A stretch of 64,000 nucleotides of DNA from an archaeon (GCA_030605415.1 JAUWIJ010000006.1:2335-66334), one strand, 5' to 3'; positions 8,855 through 17,483 are shown, counted from the stretch's first letter. Notes: generated by a model from the letters alone, not told the origin. A program made the numbers and translations.

Positions 8855-9067
8855 AATTCTTAATATCATCCTCGACATTTCTATCATAATTTTATGGAAA
8901 ATTTTGGCTATATAAAGATGCGTAACTATTAAAAAAAAGTAAATGCGGGTTTGAAATGTTAACTATTGTTAACAGAGATGTATTCTTTATGACAATAATC
9001 TTTAAATAGTCTTTCTTGTAATGTTTTTCTTACAACTACAAGCAATTGTGGTTAAAAGAGGTGCGAG

Positions 9068-9083
9068 ATACTATATCTTGTAT
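9068..9083. promoter_or_regulatory. Candidate NrdR box
   Basis: atactatatcttgtat matches about 13 of 16 positions of the published NrdR-box consensus acaCwAtATaTwGtgt. It lies about 80 nt upstream of nrdR. A second box was not found. Confidence 0.3.
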
Positions 9084-9160
9084 TCACTAAAAAATAACAA
9101 AGTGACCTCAAAGAAGTCCCATGTTTTCATTTGTTTAATAAAGGCAACAAAAAATAAAAA

Positions 9161-9604
9161 ATGCTATGTCCATATTGTACTGCGAGCGAAACGAAAGTTA
9201 CTGATAAGCGTGATAGTGGTTCGGTGGCGCGTCGGAGACGTGAATGTTTAAAATGTGGGAAACGATGGACGACGTATGAGAGGGTAGAGTTAGATCTTAA
9301 TGTTATTAAAAAAGATGGTCGGCGGGAAAAATTTTCGCGTGGAAAACTTTTTGAAGGAATTGACAAGAATCTTCAGAAAAGGCCTTTTACAAGTGAGCAA
9401 ATAGATAAAATTGTTGATGATGTGGAAGCGAATATTTACCGAGTTGCAAAAGATAAAGATATTAAAAGTTCAAAAGTCGGCGATATTGTTATGAACAAAC
9501 TCAAGCGAATTGACAAAGTTGCGTATATTCGTTTTGCGGCGGTATATCGTGATTTTGCTGACATCAAAGAATTCAGGGACGAGATTAAAAAATTAGGAAA
9601 ATAA
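9161..9604 (+). CDS. nrdR: Transcriptional repressor NrdR
   Basis: N-terminal zinc ribbon CPYC...CLKCG followed by an ATP-cone. First gene of the nrd operon. Confidence 0.9.
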   Translation: MLCPYCTASETKVTDKRDSGSVARRRRECLKCGKRWTTYERVELDLNVIKKDGRREKFSRGKLFEGIDKNLQKRPFTSEQIDKIVDDVEANIYRVAKDKDIKSSKVGDIVMNKLKRIDKVAYIRFAAVYRDFADIKEFRDEIKKLGK

Positions 9605-9605
9605 A

Positions 9606-10001
9606 ATGAGTGTAAATATAAAAGAATATCAGGAGACGTGTAAGATGACGGCGAAGAAATGTGAGAATGATAAACTTGAGATTTGCAATTGGGGACTTGG
9701 GCTTGCGGGGGAAGCGGGTGATGTAGTGTCGTGTATTAAGAAAGTGGTGTTTCATGAAAATGAAATGATTAAAGATGGTATACGAGAAAATGTGGGAGAT
9801 ATGATGTGGTATACTGCGATGATTTGTAATTTTTATGATTGGAGTCTGGATGAAATTTTAGGTGAGAATTTAGAGAAGTTGGAAAAAAGATATGCAAGTG
9901 GCGGGTTTAGCTTGAAAGAAGCACAGAGAAAAGGAACGATGAAAAAATGGAGTGGGACAGATTCTGAAGTTAAAATTGTGGGAGGTGTGGAAAATGGTTA
10001 A
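9606..10001 (+). CDS. MazG-like nucleotide pyrophosphohydrolase
   Basis: GLAGEAGD...VGDMMWY...LEKLEKRY, the all-alpha NTP-PPase pattern. Confidence 0.75.
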   Translation: MSVNIKEYQETCKMTAKKCENDKLEICNWGLGLAGEAGDVVSCIKKVVFHENEMIKDGIRENVGDMMWYTAMICNFYDWSLDEILGENLEKLEKRYASGGFSLKEAQRKGTMKKWSGTDSEVKIVGGVENG

Positions 10002-13000
10002 AAAAATTAGAAAAAGAGACGGAAGCGTTGTGTTTTTTCAGAAGGATAAAATTGAGAATGCAATTTGGAAAGCTGTTCGTGCCGTCGGAGGGAAAGATAA
10101 AGAGCGTGCGAAGGAGATTGCGGGTTTGATTATTAAAAAATTGGACGAGACATATGGGGTGCATGGAATCCCGGAGGTTGAGGTTGTTCAGGATTTAATT
10201 GAGAAGATTTTAATTGAGGAAGGACATGCTCAGGTTGCTAAGGCGTTTATTCTTTATCGTAAAAGTCGTGAAGAGCTGAGAGATGTTAAGGGTCTGTTCG
10301 ATACAATTGAGGCGGTTGAAGATTACATTGGCTTGGATGATTGGATGGTTAAAGAAAATTCTAATATGGGGTATTCATTGCAGGGATTGAATAATTATAT
10401 TGCGACGAAAATTATCGCGAACTATTGGGTGAGAAGAATTTATCCTGAGGCGATTAGACGTGCTCATGAGACAGGGGATTTACATATTCATGATTTAGGC
10501 TGTTTGGGGGCGTATTGCTTTGATGATAAAACTATGATTTTAACGAAGCATGGTTGGAAATTTTTTAAGGATGTTATCAAAGGAGAAAGAGTCGCAACGA
10601 AAAATTTAAAGACGGGTGATATGGAATTTCAAGTCCCTTATGGCAGACAGGTTTATAATTATTCTGGAGAGATGTATTCTTTTGAAGGAAGAAGCGTGTC
10701 CTTGAATGTTACCCCAGAGCATCGGCTTTTAGTCAGGAGAAAACACAAGAAAACATGGGAGTTTGTTAATCCGACCGAGTTTAAATATGGCATGGAATTT
10801 GAAAAAAGAGTTTCATGGAAAGGGAAAACAGTGAAAATGTTTCAGATTCCAAATGTTAAAGGAGGTAACCGGAAGAAAGATATCGAAAAATTTAAAGTGG
10901 AAGATTATGTAGAATTTATGGGATGGTATCTTTCCGAGGGTTCAGTTTATGAGCCGAACAAGGGAGATTATAGGATAAGCATTGCGCAGTTAAGAAAAAA
11001 TTATAGAGAAGAAATTTTGAAATTATTGGATAAGATGAAACTAAATTATAATAATCAATCTAAATTCAATATTCATCTTCATTCGAAAGATCTATTTTAT
11101 TATCTAAAAGGTTTTGGAGTATCTGGTGTAAAATATGTTCCGAAAAATATTAAGGAATTGGATTCTAAAATGATTAAGAAGTTTTTAGTTGCGTTGTTTA
11201 AGGGAGATGGTTCATTTTCTGTAAATGGAAAGTTGTATAAATATTATACAAAATCTAAGAGATTGGCAGAGGATGTTGTTGAGTGTTTGTTGAAAATTGG
11301 TATTTGTGGCACGATTACAAGGAGAAAGGGGATGAATATTTATATGGTATCCGTTGAAAATAACCACCTTACTCCTGTTTATAATAAGAAAGCTGTGAAG
11401 AAAAAATATAGTGGAAAGGTTTATGATTTTTCAGTTAAAAATGGAACACTGATTGTTATGAGAGAGGGGAAAGTTGTTGTTTCGGGAAATTGCGTTGGAT
11501 GGGATTTAAAGGATTTGTTAACGGTTGGATTTAAAGGGGTTAAGGGCAAGGTTGAATCAAAGCCACCTAAACATTTGAGAACGGTGTTGGGACAGATGGT
11601 TAATTTCTTTTATACTTTGCAGGGTGAAACTGCGGGAGCTCAGGCGTTTTCAAATTTTGATACTTTGCTTGCGCCGTTTGTGAGGTATGATAATTTGGAT
11701 TATGAACAAGTTAAACAGGCCATGCAGGAATTTGTTTTTAATTTGGCGGTGCCGACGAGGGTGGGATTTCAGTGCATGTCGGAAGATACTGAAATTTTGA
11801 CACCAAATGGTTGGGCAGGTTATAACGATTTAAAAAAGGGAGATGTAATAAAAACTTTTAATATTGAAAAAGGAATAATTGAAGATAAGCTTATTAAGAA
11901 ACTTTTTGCTAGAAAATATAATGGAATTATGTATAATTTGAAAAATAGAATTCAGGACCAGTTGATTTCTCCAGGGCATAGAGTTGTTAGAAGAAAATTT
12001 TGTGGGAATTATGTTTTGGAGAAAATTGAAGATGTTAAAAAAATAAAGTCGCCATTTATAGTTCCAATTGCCGGGATTAATTCCAAGAAAGATTCAAAAA
12101 TAAGTGACGAAGAAATAAAACTTCTTGCGTGGATAATTAGCGAAGGAACGATTGAAAATTATACGACGCATAGACATTGCAAACGAATTACGATATATCA
12201 ATCTAAATTAAAGAATTTTGAAAAATATAAAGAGATAATAAATTTGTTAAAAAAATTCAAGTTAAATTTCAACGAGAGAGATTCTTGTCCGGCTTTTGGT
12301 GATTCTGTTAAAATGATAAGAATGGATGCCAAATCTTCGAGGGTTATTTATAAAATGATGGGGTCAAACGAAAGTGTTAATTTTATACCGAAGAAGTTAA
12401 CGAATATGAGTAAGAAACAATCAAGATTATTTTTGGATACTTACATCAGGGGTGATGGTTTTGAAGGTTGTAAGATTGCTACAACAAATGAAAATATTTT
12501 GGATGGATTACAACAAATTTCTGTTAATTCAGAATATGGATTTAGTGTTTTAACCAGAAAGCCGACCATTGGAAAAAAGCTGATTTATGTTTTGAGGTTG
12601 ATTAAACATAAAGATACATATATTCAAAAAGTGGAAGAAGTGAATTATCAGGGAATCATTTGGTGTCCTAATACCGATAATGAAACGGTCGTAGCCAGAA
12701 GAAACGGGAAAGTATTTATTACAGGGAATACTCCGTTTACAAACATTACAATGGATTTAGATGTGCCTGACTATATGGTGAAGGAACATGTGATTGCGGG
12801 AGGTCAGCCACAGATGGAAACTTATGGAGATTTTCAGAAAGAAATGAATATGATTAATAAGGCGTTTGCAGAATGTATGCTTGAAGGTGATGCGACGGGA
12901 CAGGTTTTTACTTTTCCGATTCCGACTTATAATATTACAAAAGATTTCGATTTTGATAATCCTGAATATGATTTAATATGGGAAATGACGGCGAAGTATG

Positions 13001-14121
13001 GTATTCCTTATTTTTCAAATTTTGTTAATTCTGAGATGAAACCGGAAGATGTGCGAAGTATGTGTTGTCGGTTAAAAATAGATAATAGAGAATTGAGAAA
13101 AAGGGGCGGTGGTTTGTTTGGTTCAAATCCATTAACAGGAAGTATTGGAGTTGTGACAATAAATATGGGGAGATTGGGTTATGTGTCGACGGATGAGGAT
13201 GATTTTATGGCGAGGTTGGATGGGTTGATGGAGTTGGCGAAAGAGAGTTTGGAGATTAAGAGAAAAACGATTGAGAACTTTACAGAGATGGGACTTTATC
13301 CTTATACGAAATTTTATCTCAGGCAGGTTTATCAAAGATTTGGTGAATATTGGAAAAATCATTTTGCGACGATTGGTCTTTTGGGGATGAATGAAGCGGT
13401 GACGAATTTTTTGCCCGGGGAAAATATTACGACAAAGAAAGGTAAAGATTTTACGTTGAAGATTTTGAATTTTATGAGGGATAGGCTGACAGAGTATCAA
13501 GAAGAGACTGAAAATATTTATAATTTAGAGGCAACGCCGGGCGAGGGAACAACTTATAGATTTGCTCGGATGGATAAAAAAAGGTTTGGTAGAATTTTGG
13601 TTGCAAATGAAGATGCGTATCAGAAAGGTGCGAAACCATATTATACAAATAGCACTCAACTTCCTGTAAATTTTACTGATGATGTTTTTGAGGCATTGGA
13701 TTTGCAGGATGAGTTACAATGTAAATACAGCGGAGGTACGGTTTTTCATACTTTTATTGGTGAGAAGATGACTAAAGATTCAGTTAAGAAGATGGTTAAG
13801 AAAATTTCTAATAATTATCATTTGCCGTATTTTACAATTTCGCCGACGTTTTCGATTTGTCCGATTCATGGATATCTGAGTGGGGAACATGAATATTGTC
13901 CGAAGTGTGATGCTGAAATAGCTGAGGTAGAAGTTGCTCCGGTTTCTGTTGCTGATGATATTGTTGAAGCAGAAAAGAGAGATGAAAAAATTAGCGAGGT
14001 TGAAAGTTTTGGAGTGATAAAAAATCAAAAGCCAGAAGTACTAGAAGTTGAAAAAGTGGCGATGAAAGGAAATAATGTGTCGGATTTAAAACTAAATTTA
14101 AGAGGTGATACTAATGAATAG
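9994..14121 (+). CDS. nrdD: Anaerobic (class III) ribonucleoside-triphosphate reductase body, with two inteins; glycyl-radical motif not in this frame
   Basis: Start trimmed to MVKKIRKRDG (ATP-cone). NrdD blocks are HIHDLG..AYC|VGWDL, VPTRVGFQ|TPFTNIT and a C-terminal CPIH...CPKC zinc site. The frame ends in ~65 non-conserved codons. Confidence 0.9.
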   Translation: MVKKIRKRDGSVVFFQKDKIENAIWKAVRAVGGKDKERAKEIAGLIIKKLDETYGVHGIPEVEVVQDLIEKILIEEGHAQVAKAFILYRKSREELRDVKGLFDTIEAVEDYIGLDDWMVKENSNMGYSLQGLNNYIATKIIANYWVRRIYPEAIRRAHETGDLHIHDLGCLGAYCFDDKTMILTKHGWKFFKDVIKGERVATKNLKTGDMEFQVPYGRQVYNYSGEMYSFEGRSVSLNVTPEHRLLVRRKHKKTWEFVNPTEFKYGMEFEKRVSWKGKTVKMFQIPNVKGGNRKKDIEKFKVEDYVEFMGWYLSEGSVYEPNKGDYRISIAQLRKNYREEILKLLDKMKLNYNNQSKFNIHLHSKDLFYYLKGFGVSGVKYVPKNIKELDSKMIKKFLVALFKGDGSFSVNGKLYKYYTKSKRLAEDVVECLLKIGICGTITRRKGMNIYMVSVENNHLTPVYNKKAVKKKYSGKVYDFSVKNGTLIVMREGKVVVSGNCVGWDLKDLLTVGFKGVKGKVESKPPKHLRTVLGQMVNFFYTLQGETAGAQAFSNFDTLLAPFVRYDNLDYEQVKQAMQEFVFNLAVPTRVGFQCMSEDTEILTPNGWAGYNDLKKGDVIKTFNIEKGIIEDKLIKKLFARKYNGIMYNLKNRIQDQLISPGHRVVRRKFCGNYVLEKIEDVKKIKSPFIVPIAGINSKKDSKISDEEIKLLAWIISEGTIENYTTHRHCKRITIYQSKLKNFEKYKEIINLLKKFKLNFNERDSCPAFGDSVKMIRMDAKSSRVIYKMMGSNESVNFIPKKLTNMSKKQSRLFLDTYIRGDGFEGCKIATTNENILDGLQQISVNSEYGFSVLTRKPTIGKKLIYVLRLIKHKDTYIQKVEEVNYQGIIWCPNTDNETVVARRNGKVFITGNTPFTNITMDLDVPDYMVKEHVIAGGQPQMETYGDFQKEMNMINKAFAECMLEGDATGQVFTFPIPTYNITKDFDFDNPEYDLIWEMTAKYGIPYFSNFVNSEMKPEDVRSMCCRLKIDNRELRKRGGGLFGSNPLTGSIGVVTINMGRLGYVSTDEDDFMARLDGLMELAKESLEIKRKTIENFTEMGLYPYTKFYLRQVYQRFGEYWKNHFATIGLLGMNEAVTNFLPGENITTKKGKDFTLKILNFMRDRLTEYQEETENIYNLEATPGEGTTYRFARMDKKRFGRILVANEDAYQKGAKPYYTNSTQLPVNFTDDVFEALDLQDELQCKYSGGTVFHTFIGEKMTKDSVKKMVKKISNNYHLPYFTISPTFSICPIHGYLSGEHEYCPKCDAEIAEVEVAPVSVADDIVEAEKRDEKISEVESFGVIKNQKPEVLEVEKVAMKGNNVSDLKLNLRGDTNE
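10516..11490 (+). mobile_element. Intein 1 in NrdD (325 aa, LAGLIDADG homing endonuclease type)
   Basis: Starts CFDDKTMIL, has block B TPEH and LAGLIDADG-like motifs (FMGWYLSEGS, LFKGDGSF), ends VVSGN, and is followed by a +1 Cys. Removal restores GAY|CVGWDL. Confidence 0.85.
11773..12729 (+). mobile_element. Intein 2 in NrdD (319 aa, LAGLIDADG homing endonuclease type)
   Basis: Starts CMSEDTEIL, has block B SPGH and motifs LLAWIISEGT and YIRGDGF, ends FITGN, and is followed by a +1 Thr. Removal restores VGFQ|TPFTNIT. Confidence 0.85.
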
Positions 14122-14136
14122 GACGAAATGTGAGGT
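13929..14136 (+). other. 208-nt insertion in the nrdD 3' region bounded by tgaggt direct repeats
   Basis: tgaggt occurs at 13923-13928 and at 14131-14136. Deleting the 208 nt between them joins CPKCDAEIAEV to WSRVCGYLRP in one frame. Confidence 0.6.
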
Positions 14137-14272
14137 GTGGAGTAGGGTTTGTGGTTATCTTCGACCGACTGCCCGATGGAATGAAGGCAAATTAGCAGAG
14201 TTCAAAGATAGGAAGATGTTTAGCGCGACGAGAACTGAGAACTCGGCGGACAGGATACCCTCACAGATATAA
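14114..14272 (+). CDS. NrdD glycyl-radical domain as a separate 52-aa ORF (or a frameshifted nrdD 3' end)
   Basis: MNRTKCEVWSRVCGYLRPTARWNEGKLAEFKDRKMF carries the RVxGY glycyl-radical motif. Its ATG overlaps the nrdD stop (ATGAATAG). The last ~16 codons read into repeat R3. Confidence 0.55.
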   Translation: MNRTKCEVWSRVCGYLRPTARWNEGKLAEFKDRKMFSATRTENSADRIPSQI

Positions 14273-14580
14273 GGGAGAGATGGGTTGGGGCACACTGAGT
14301 CCAGAACTGAGAACTCCAACGAGAACTTAGATCTCAGAACTGAGAACTCCAACGAGAACTCAGATACCCTCACAAATATAAGAGAAAAACAGGTTGGGGC
14401 ACGCCGACTCAGATCTCAGAACTCAGAGGGGAAAGGGGGCAACCGACAACCGACGGGGCAGAAACTCAGAGGGGGAACGGGGAAGCGGGGGTGGCTCTAA
14501 GAGCGAATGAAATGAACGGTCTGAGTTCTCAGAGCAAAGCGGTCTAAGTTCTCAGAGTGAAACGACCTGAGTTCTGAAGG
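14226..14580 (+). repeat. G-rich composite repeat (copy R3) with two M modules
   Basis: gagaactgagaactc words, two accctcaca...ttggggcac modules (14257-14293 and 14366-14402), a G-run core, and then complementary words (gagttctcag) ending in gtgaaacgacct. Confidence 0.85.
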
Positions 14581-14615
14581 AGAAATGAGAAACAAAAAAT
14601 GAGAATAATGTTAAA

Positions 14616-15320
14616 ATGAAAATTGCAGGTCTACAAAAAGTAACAACGATTGATTATCCGGGCGAGATTGCGTGTACGATTTTTTTACATGGATGTAGTT
14701 TTCGTTGTGGGTTTTGTCATAATCCCGATTTGGTTATTGGGGATTTTAAAGGGGGTTATCATGAAGAGGAGGTTTTAGAATTTTTGAAAAAAAGAAGTGG
14801 GAAATTAGATGCGGTTTGTATTACAGGTGGCGAGCCGTTAATGAGTTTGGATTTTGATTTTGTGAAGAAGATTAAAAAGTTAGGATATAAAGTAAAGATT
14901 GATACAAACGGTTCGTTTCCAAGCCGACTAAAAGAGATGATTGATTTGGGACTGGTCGATTATATTGCGATGGATGTGAAGAGTTGTAGAAAGGATTATG
15001 AAAAAGTTGCTGGTGTTAAGGTTGACTTAAAAAAAATTGAAAAGTCAATTAAGATGATTTATAATTTTGAAGAGTACGAGTTTAGGACGACGATTGTAGA
15101 AAGATATCATAATGTGGATTCCATAAAAGCTTTGGGAAAATGGTTAAATGAGATTTGTGGTGCGAAACCGAAGAGATATTTTTTGCAGGGGTTTAAGCGA
15201 AACGAAGGGGGGATGATTGATTCTTCTTTTTTGAAAGAGAAAGATGTTAGCGAGGAATTTTTGAATGAATTAAAAAGTAGTGTCAAAGAATTTTTTGAGG
15301 AAGTTGGGATTAGGGATTAG
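14616..15320 (+). CDS. nrdG: Anaerobic RNR activating protein (radical SAM)
   Basis: CSFRCGFCHNPD cluster motif, GGEPL, and position downstream of nrdD. Confidence 0.9.
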   Translation: MKIAGLQKVTTIDYPGEIACTIFLHGCSFRCGFCHNPDLVIGDFKGGYHEEEVLEFLKKRSGKLDAVCITGGEPLMSLDFDFVKKIKKLGYKVKIDTNGSFPSRLKEMIDLGLVDYIAMDVKSCRKDYEKVAGVKVDLKKIEKSIKMIYNFEEYEFRTTIVERYHNVDSIKALGKWLNEICGAKPKRYFLQGFKRNEGGMIDSSFLKEKDVSEEFLNELKSSVKEFFEEVGIRD

Positions 15321-15369
15321 GAAATTTTTTAACAAAATGTTTATATAGTAGTTATAAGTTCTGTATAAC

Positions 15370-15606
15370 ATGGAAAAAACAACTATTCAAATAAGTTCAG
15401 ATACTCTTGAAAGATTGAAGATGCTTAAGAGACACGAAAGGGAATCTTATGATTTTGTTTTGAATGTCCTTTTGGAAGAAGCTGAAGAAGATGTTTTGGA
15501 CGACGACGAAATTGACGAAATTAAGGAAGCTTTAGAAGAAGTTAGAAGGGGAGAAACTATTCCAATAGAAGATGTCGCAAAAGAATTTGGAGTAATTCTT
15601 AGATAA
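15370..15606 (+). CDS. Putative antitoxin partner of the RelE-like toxin
   Basis: 78-aa acidic protein ending 1 nt before the toxin gene, with an N-terminal TIQISSDTLERLKMLK segment. A paralogous pattern occurs at 45785-46051. Confidence 0.55.
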   Translation: MEKTTIQISSDTLERLKMLKRHERESYDFVLNVLLEEAEEDVLDDDEIDEIKEALEEVRRGETIPIEDVAKEFGVILR

Positions 15607-15607
15607 A

Positions 15608-15856
15608 ATGTATTTTGTAGAATTTTCTAAATCTGCTAAAAAATTTCTCAAGAAAATTTCTCAAGAAGATAAGAGTATACTCTTAAATAAACTTTATTCT
15701 ATAAGAGAAAATCCATTTAGATTTTTGAAAAGATTGCAAGGACATAAACTTTGGAGATTAAGGGTTCTTAAATATAGGATGATTGTCGACGTCGTCGTTT
15801 CGGGCAGGAAAATAATTGTTTTAAGAATTGGTTATAGAAAGAATGTTTATTCCTAA
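15608..15856 (+). CDS. relE: RelE/ParE-family toxin
   Basis: 82 aa. The KKFLKKI...NPF...LKRLQG..LWRLRV..YRMIVDV.....I.VLRIGYRKNVY layout is typical of RelE-type mRNA interferases. Confidence 0.75.
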   Translation: MYFVEFSKSAKKFLKKISQEDKSILLNKLYSIRENPFRFLKRLQGHKLWRLRVLKYRMIVDVVVSGRKIIVLRIGYRKNVYS

Positions 15857-15911
15857 TAGGGTGTTGGATATTTTTTGAAAGATAGTTTTGAACTTAAGAG
15901 GTTTGAATTAG

Positions 15912-16100
15912 TCAAACAGAATCATCTATGTGTTTAATGTCTGGATTTCTTGGGAGTTCTTTTGACGATTTAATATTGAGAAAATAACCACCCCCACGAG
16001 AAATAAAACTCTTTCCTAAAACAGACGCAGAATAATTGGCTCTTATGCGAATTCTTTCTTGCTCGGCAATATCTTCAGGGGTATCTTGATAATGTTCCAT
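15912..16100 (-). CDS. Hypothetical small protein
   Basis: 62-aa ORF in an otherwise empty gap. No recognisable motif. Confidence 0.3.
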   Translation of the reverse strand: MEHYQDTPEDIAEQERIRIRANYSASVLGKSFISRGGGYFLNIKSSKELPRNPDIKHIDDSV

Positions 16101-16152
16101 TAAGAATTAAATGAACTTGGATATATAAATTTATCTTAATAGTTTGGTTTTT

Positions 16153-17388
16153 TTAATTTTCTAACTTCCTACTCAACCTCTCAATTGCATTAACATACGC
16201 TGCAATTCTTGTCGTGGTTTGATATTTTTCCTTTTTATCTAGAATTTCTTTTGTCGCATTTTGCATTTTTTCTTTTAGCTTTTCATCTACTTTTTCTGCT
16301 GTCCATTTTTCCTGATTTATATTTTGGAACCATTCGTAATAAGAAACAGTTACTCCGCCGGCGTTTGTGAGAATGTCAGGAAGGATTAGTTTATTTTTTT
16401 CTTCAAGAATTTTATCTGCTTCGGGCGTTGTTGGTCCATTTGCAAGTTCTAAAATTATTTTTGCCTTTATTTTGTCTGCATTTTTTTCTGTGATTTGATT
16501 TGCAAGAGCTGCCGGAACTAAGACGTCACAATCTAATTCTAATAACTGTTCATTTGTCATGCAAATTGTGTCTGGAGTATTCATCACCGAACCCGTTTGT
16601 TTTTTATGTTCGAGAACTTTATTTATATTTAGTCCTTTTGGATTGTGGATTGCGCCTTTGGAATCTGAGATGGCAATTATTTTTGCGTTATCTTTGGATA
16701 TCAGTTTTGCGAAATTTCCGCCGGCGTTTCCGATTCCCTGAATTGCTATAGTTGCATTTTCCAGAGTTGGAATTATTTTAGTTTGTTCGATTGCTTGTTT
16801 TAAAACAAACTGTCCGCCTCGTGCCGTTGCAGTGTCTCGTCCGAGCGAGCCTCCGTTTTCTATAGATTTCCCCGTGACAACAGCTTTTGCTTTTTCAATT
16901 GGTATACCTTCTGTTTTAGAATATTCGTCGACGATTATGTCCATTATTTTTGAGTTTGTATATACGTCTGGTGCGGGGATATCTTTGTGTGGTCCGATTA
17001 CCGGAGCGATTTTTTTTATGAATCCTCGCGTTAAATTTTCAATTTCTTGTTCTGAAAGTTCTTTTGGATTACAAATTACTCCACCCTTTCCCCCTCCGAG
17101 TGGAAGATTCAGCGTCGCTGTTTTTATTGTCATCCAGATTGACAGGGCAGATACTTCATTGAGATTTACTTCCGGATGGTATCTTATTCCTCCTTTGTAT
17201 GGTCCGAGTAACGAATTGTGTTGGATTCTGTAGCCGGTAAAAATTTTCTGTGTTCCGTCATCCATTTGTACAGGGAAATTTACTTTTACTTCTCTTTCTG
17301 TGTTTAGAATTATGTCGAGAGTTTCTTTTGAGAGATTTAATTTTTCTGCCGCCTTTTTAATTGTGTTTTTTGCGTTTTCTAGTTCCAT
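16153..17388 (-). CDS. gdhA: Glutamate dehydrogenase
   Basis: PLGGGKGG motif, the GNAGGN Rossmann motif, and full-length Glu/Leu/Phe/Val dehydrogenase organisation. Confidence 0.9.
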   Translation of the reverse strand: MELENAKNTIKKAAEKLNLSKETLDIILNTEREVKVNFPVQMDDGTQKIFTGYRIQHNSLLGPYKGGIRYHPEVNLNEVSALSIWMTIKTATLNLPLGGGKGGVICNPKELSEQEIENLTRGFIKKIAPVIGPHKDIPAPDVYTNSKIMDIIVDEYSKTEGIPIEKAKAVVTGKSIENGGSLGRDTATARGGQFVLKQAIEQTKIIPTLENATIAIQGIGNAGGNFAKLISKDNAKIIAISDSKGAIHNPKGLNINKVLEHKKQTGSVMNTPDTICMTNEQLLELDCDVLVPAALANQITEKNADKIKAKIILELANGPTTPEADKILEEKNKLILPDILTNAGGVTVSYYEWFQNINQEKWTAEKVDEKLKEKMQNATKEILDKKEKYQTTTRIAAYVNAIERLSRKLEN

Positions 17389-17483
17389 AGATTTCTTTCT
17401 TTTTTAGAAAAAAAGAAATTTCTCTTCCGCCCAAAATGGCGTACCTCTGTTGAGGCAAAGTAGAAAAAACTTATTTTCCAAAT

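Noticed and set aside
9021-9366. ORFs 9021..9251(+) and 9127..9366(-) around the nrdR start.
   Set aside because: They overlap the well-supported nrdR gene and its promoter region and have no motifs.
13900-14140. Bulge-helix-bulge intron explanation for the 208-nt nrdD insertion.
   Set aside because: I could not find complementarity between the two junction regions that would form the helices of a BHB motif. The idea is kept only as an untested alternative within the nrdD finding.
14155-14500. ORFs reading through the G-rich repeats: 14155..14373(-), 14285..14500(+), 17599..17835(-), 17736..17942(+), 20205..20390(-), 20252..20566(-) and 20280..20489(+).
   Set aside because: They are encoded entirely by low-complexity repeat words, and their reading frames differ between repeat copies. 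20280..20489 is merely the duplicated gene start running into a repeat.
14226-14580. Possible CRISPR array suggested by many short recurring words.
   Set aside because: There is no constant-length repeat alternating with unique spacers. The words are tandem 7-12-mers with complementary arms, and no cas genes are in the window.
14500-14580. C/D box sRNA reading of gaatgaaatga...ctga / gtgaaacgacctga in the shared right end of the repeats.
   Set aside because: The C-like boxes do not match RUGAUGA, and the C-to-D' spacing is too short for a guide. The similarity is probably coincidental.
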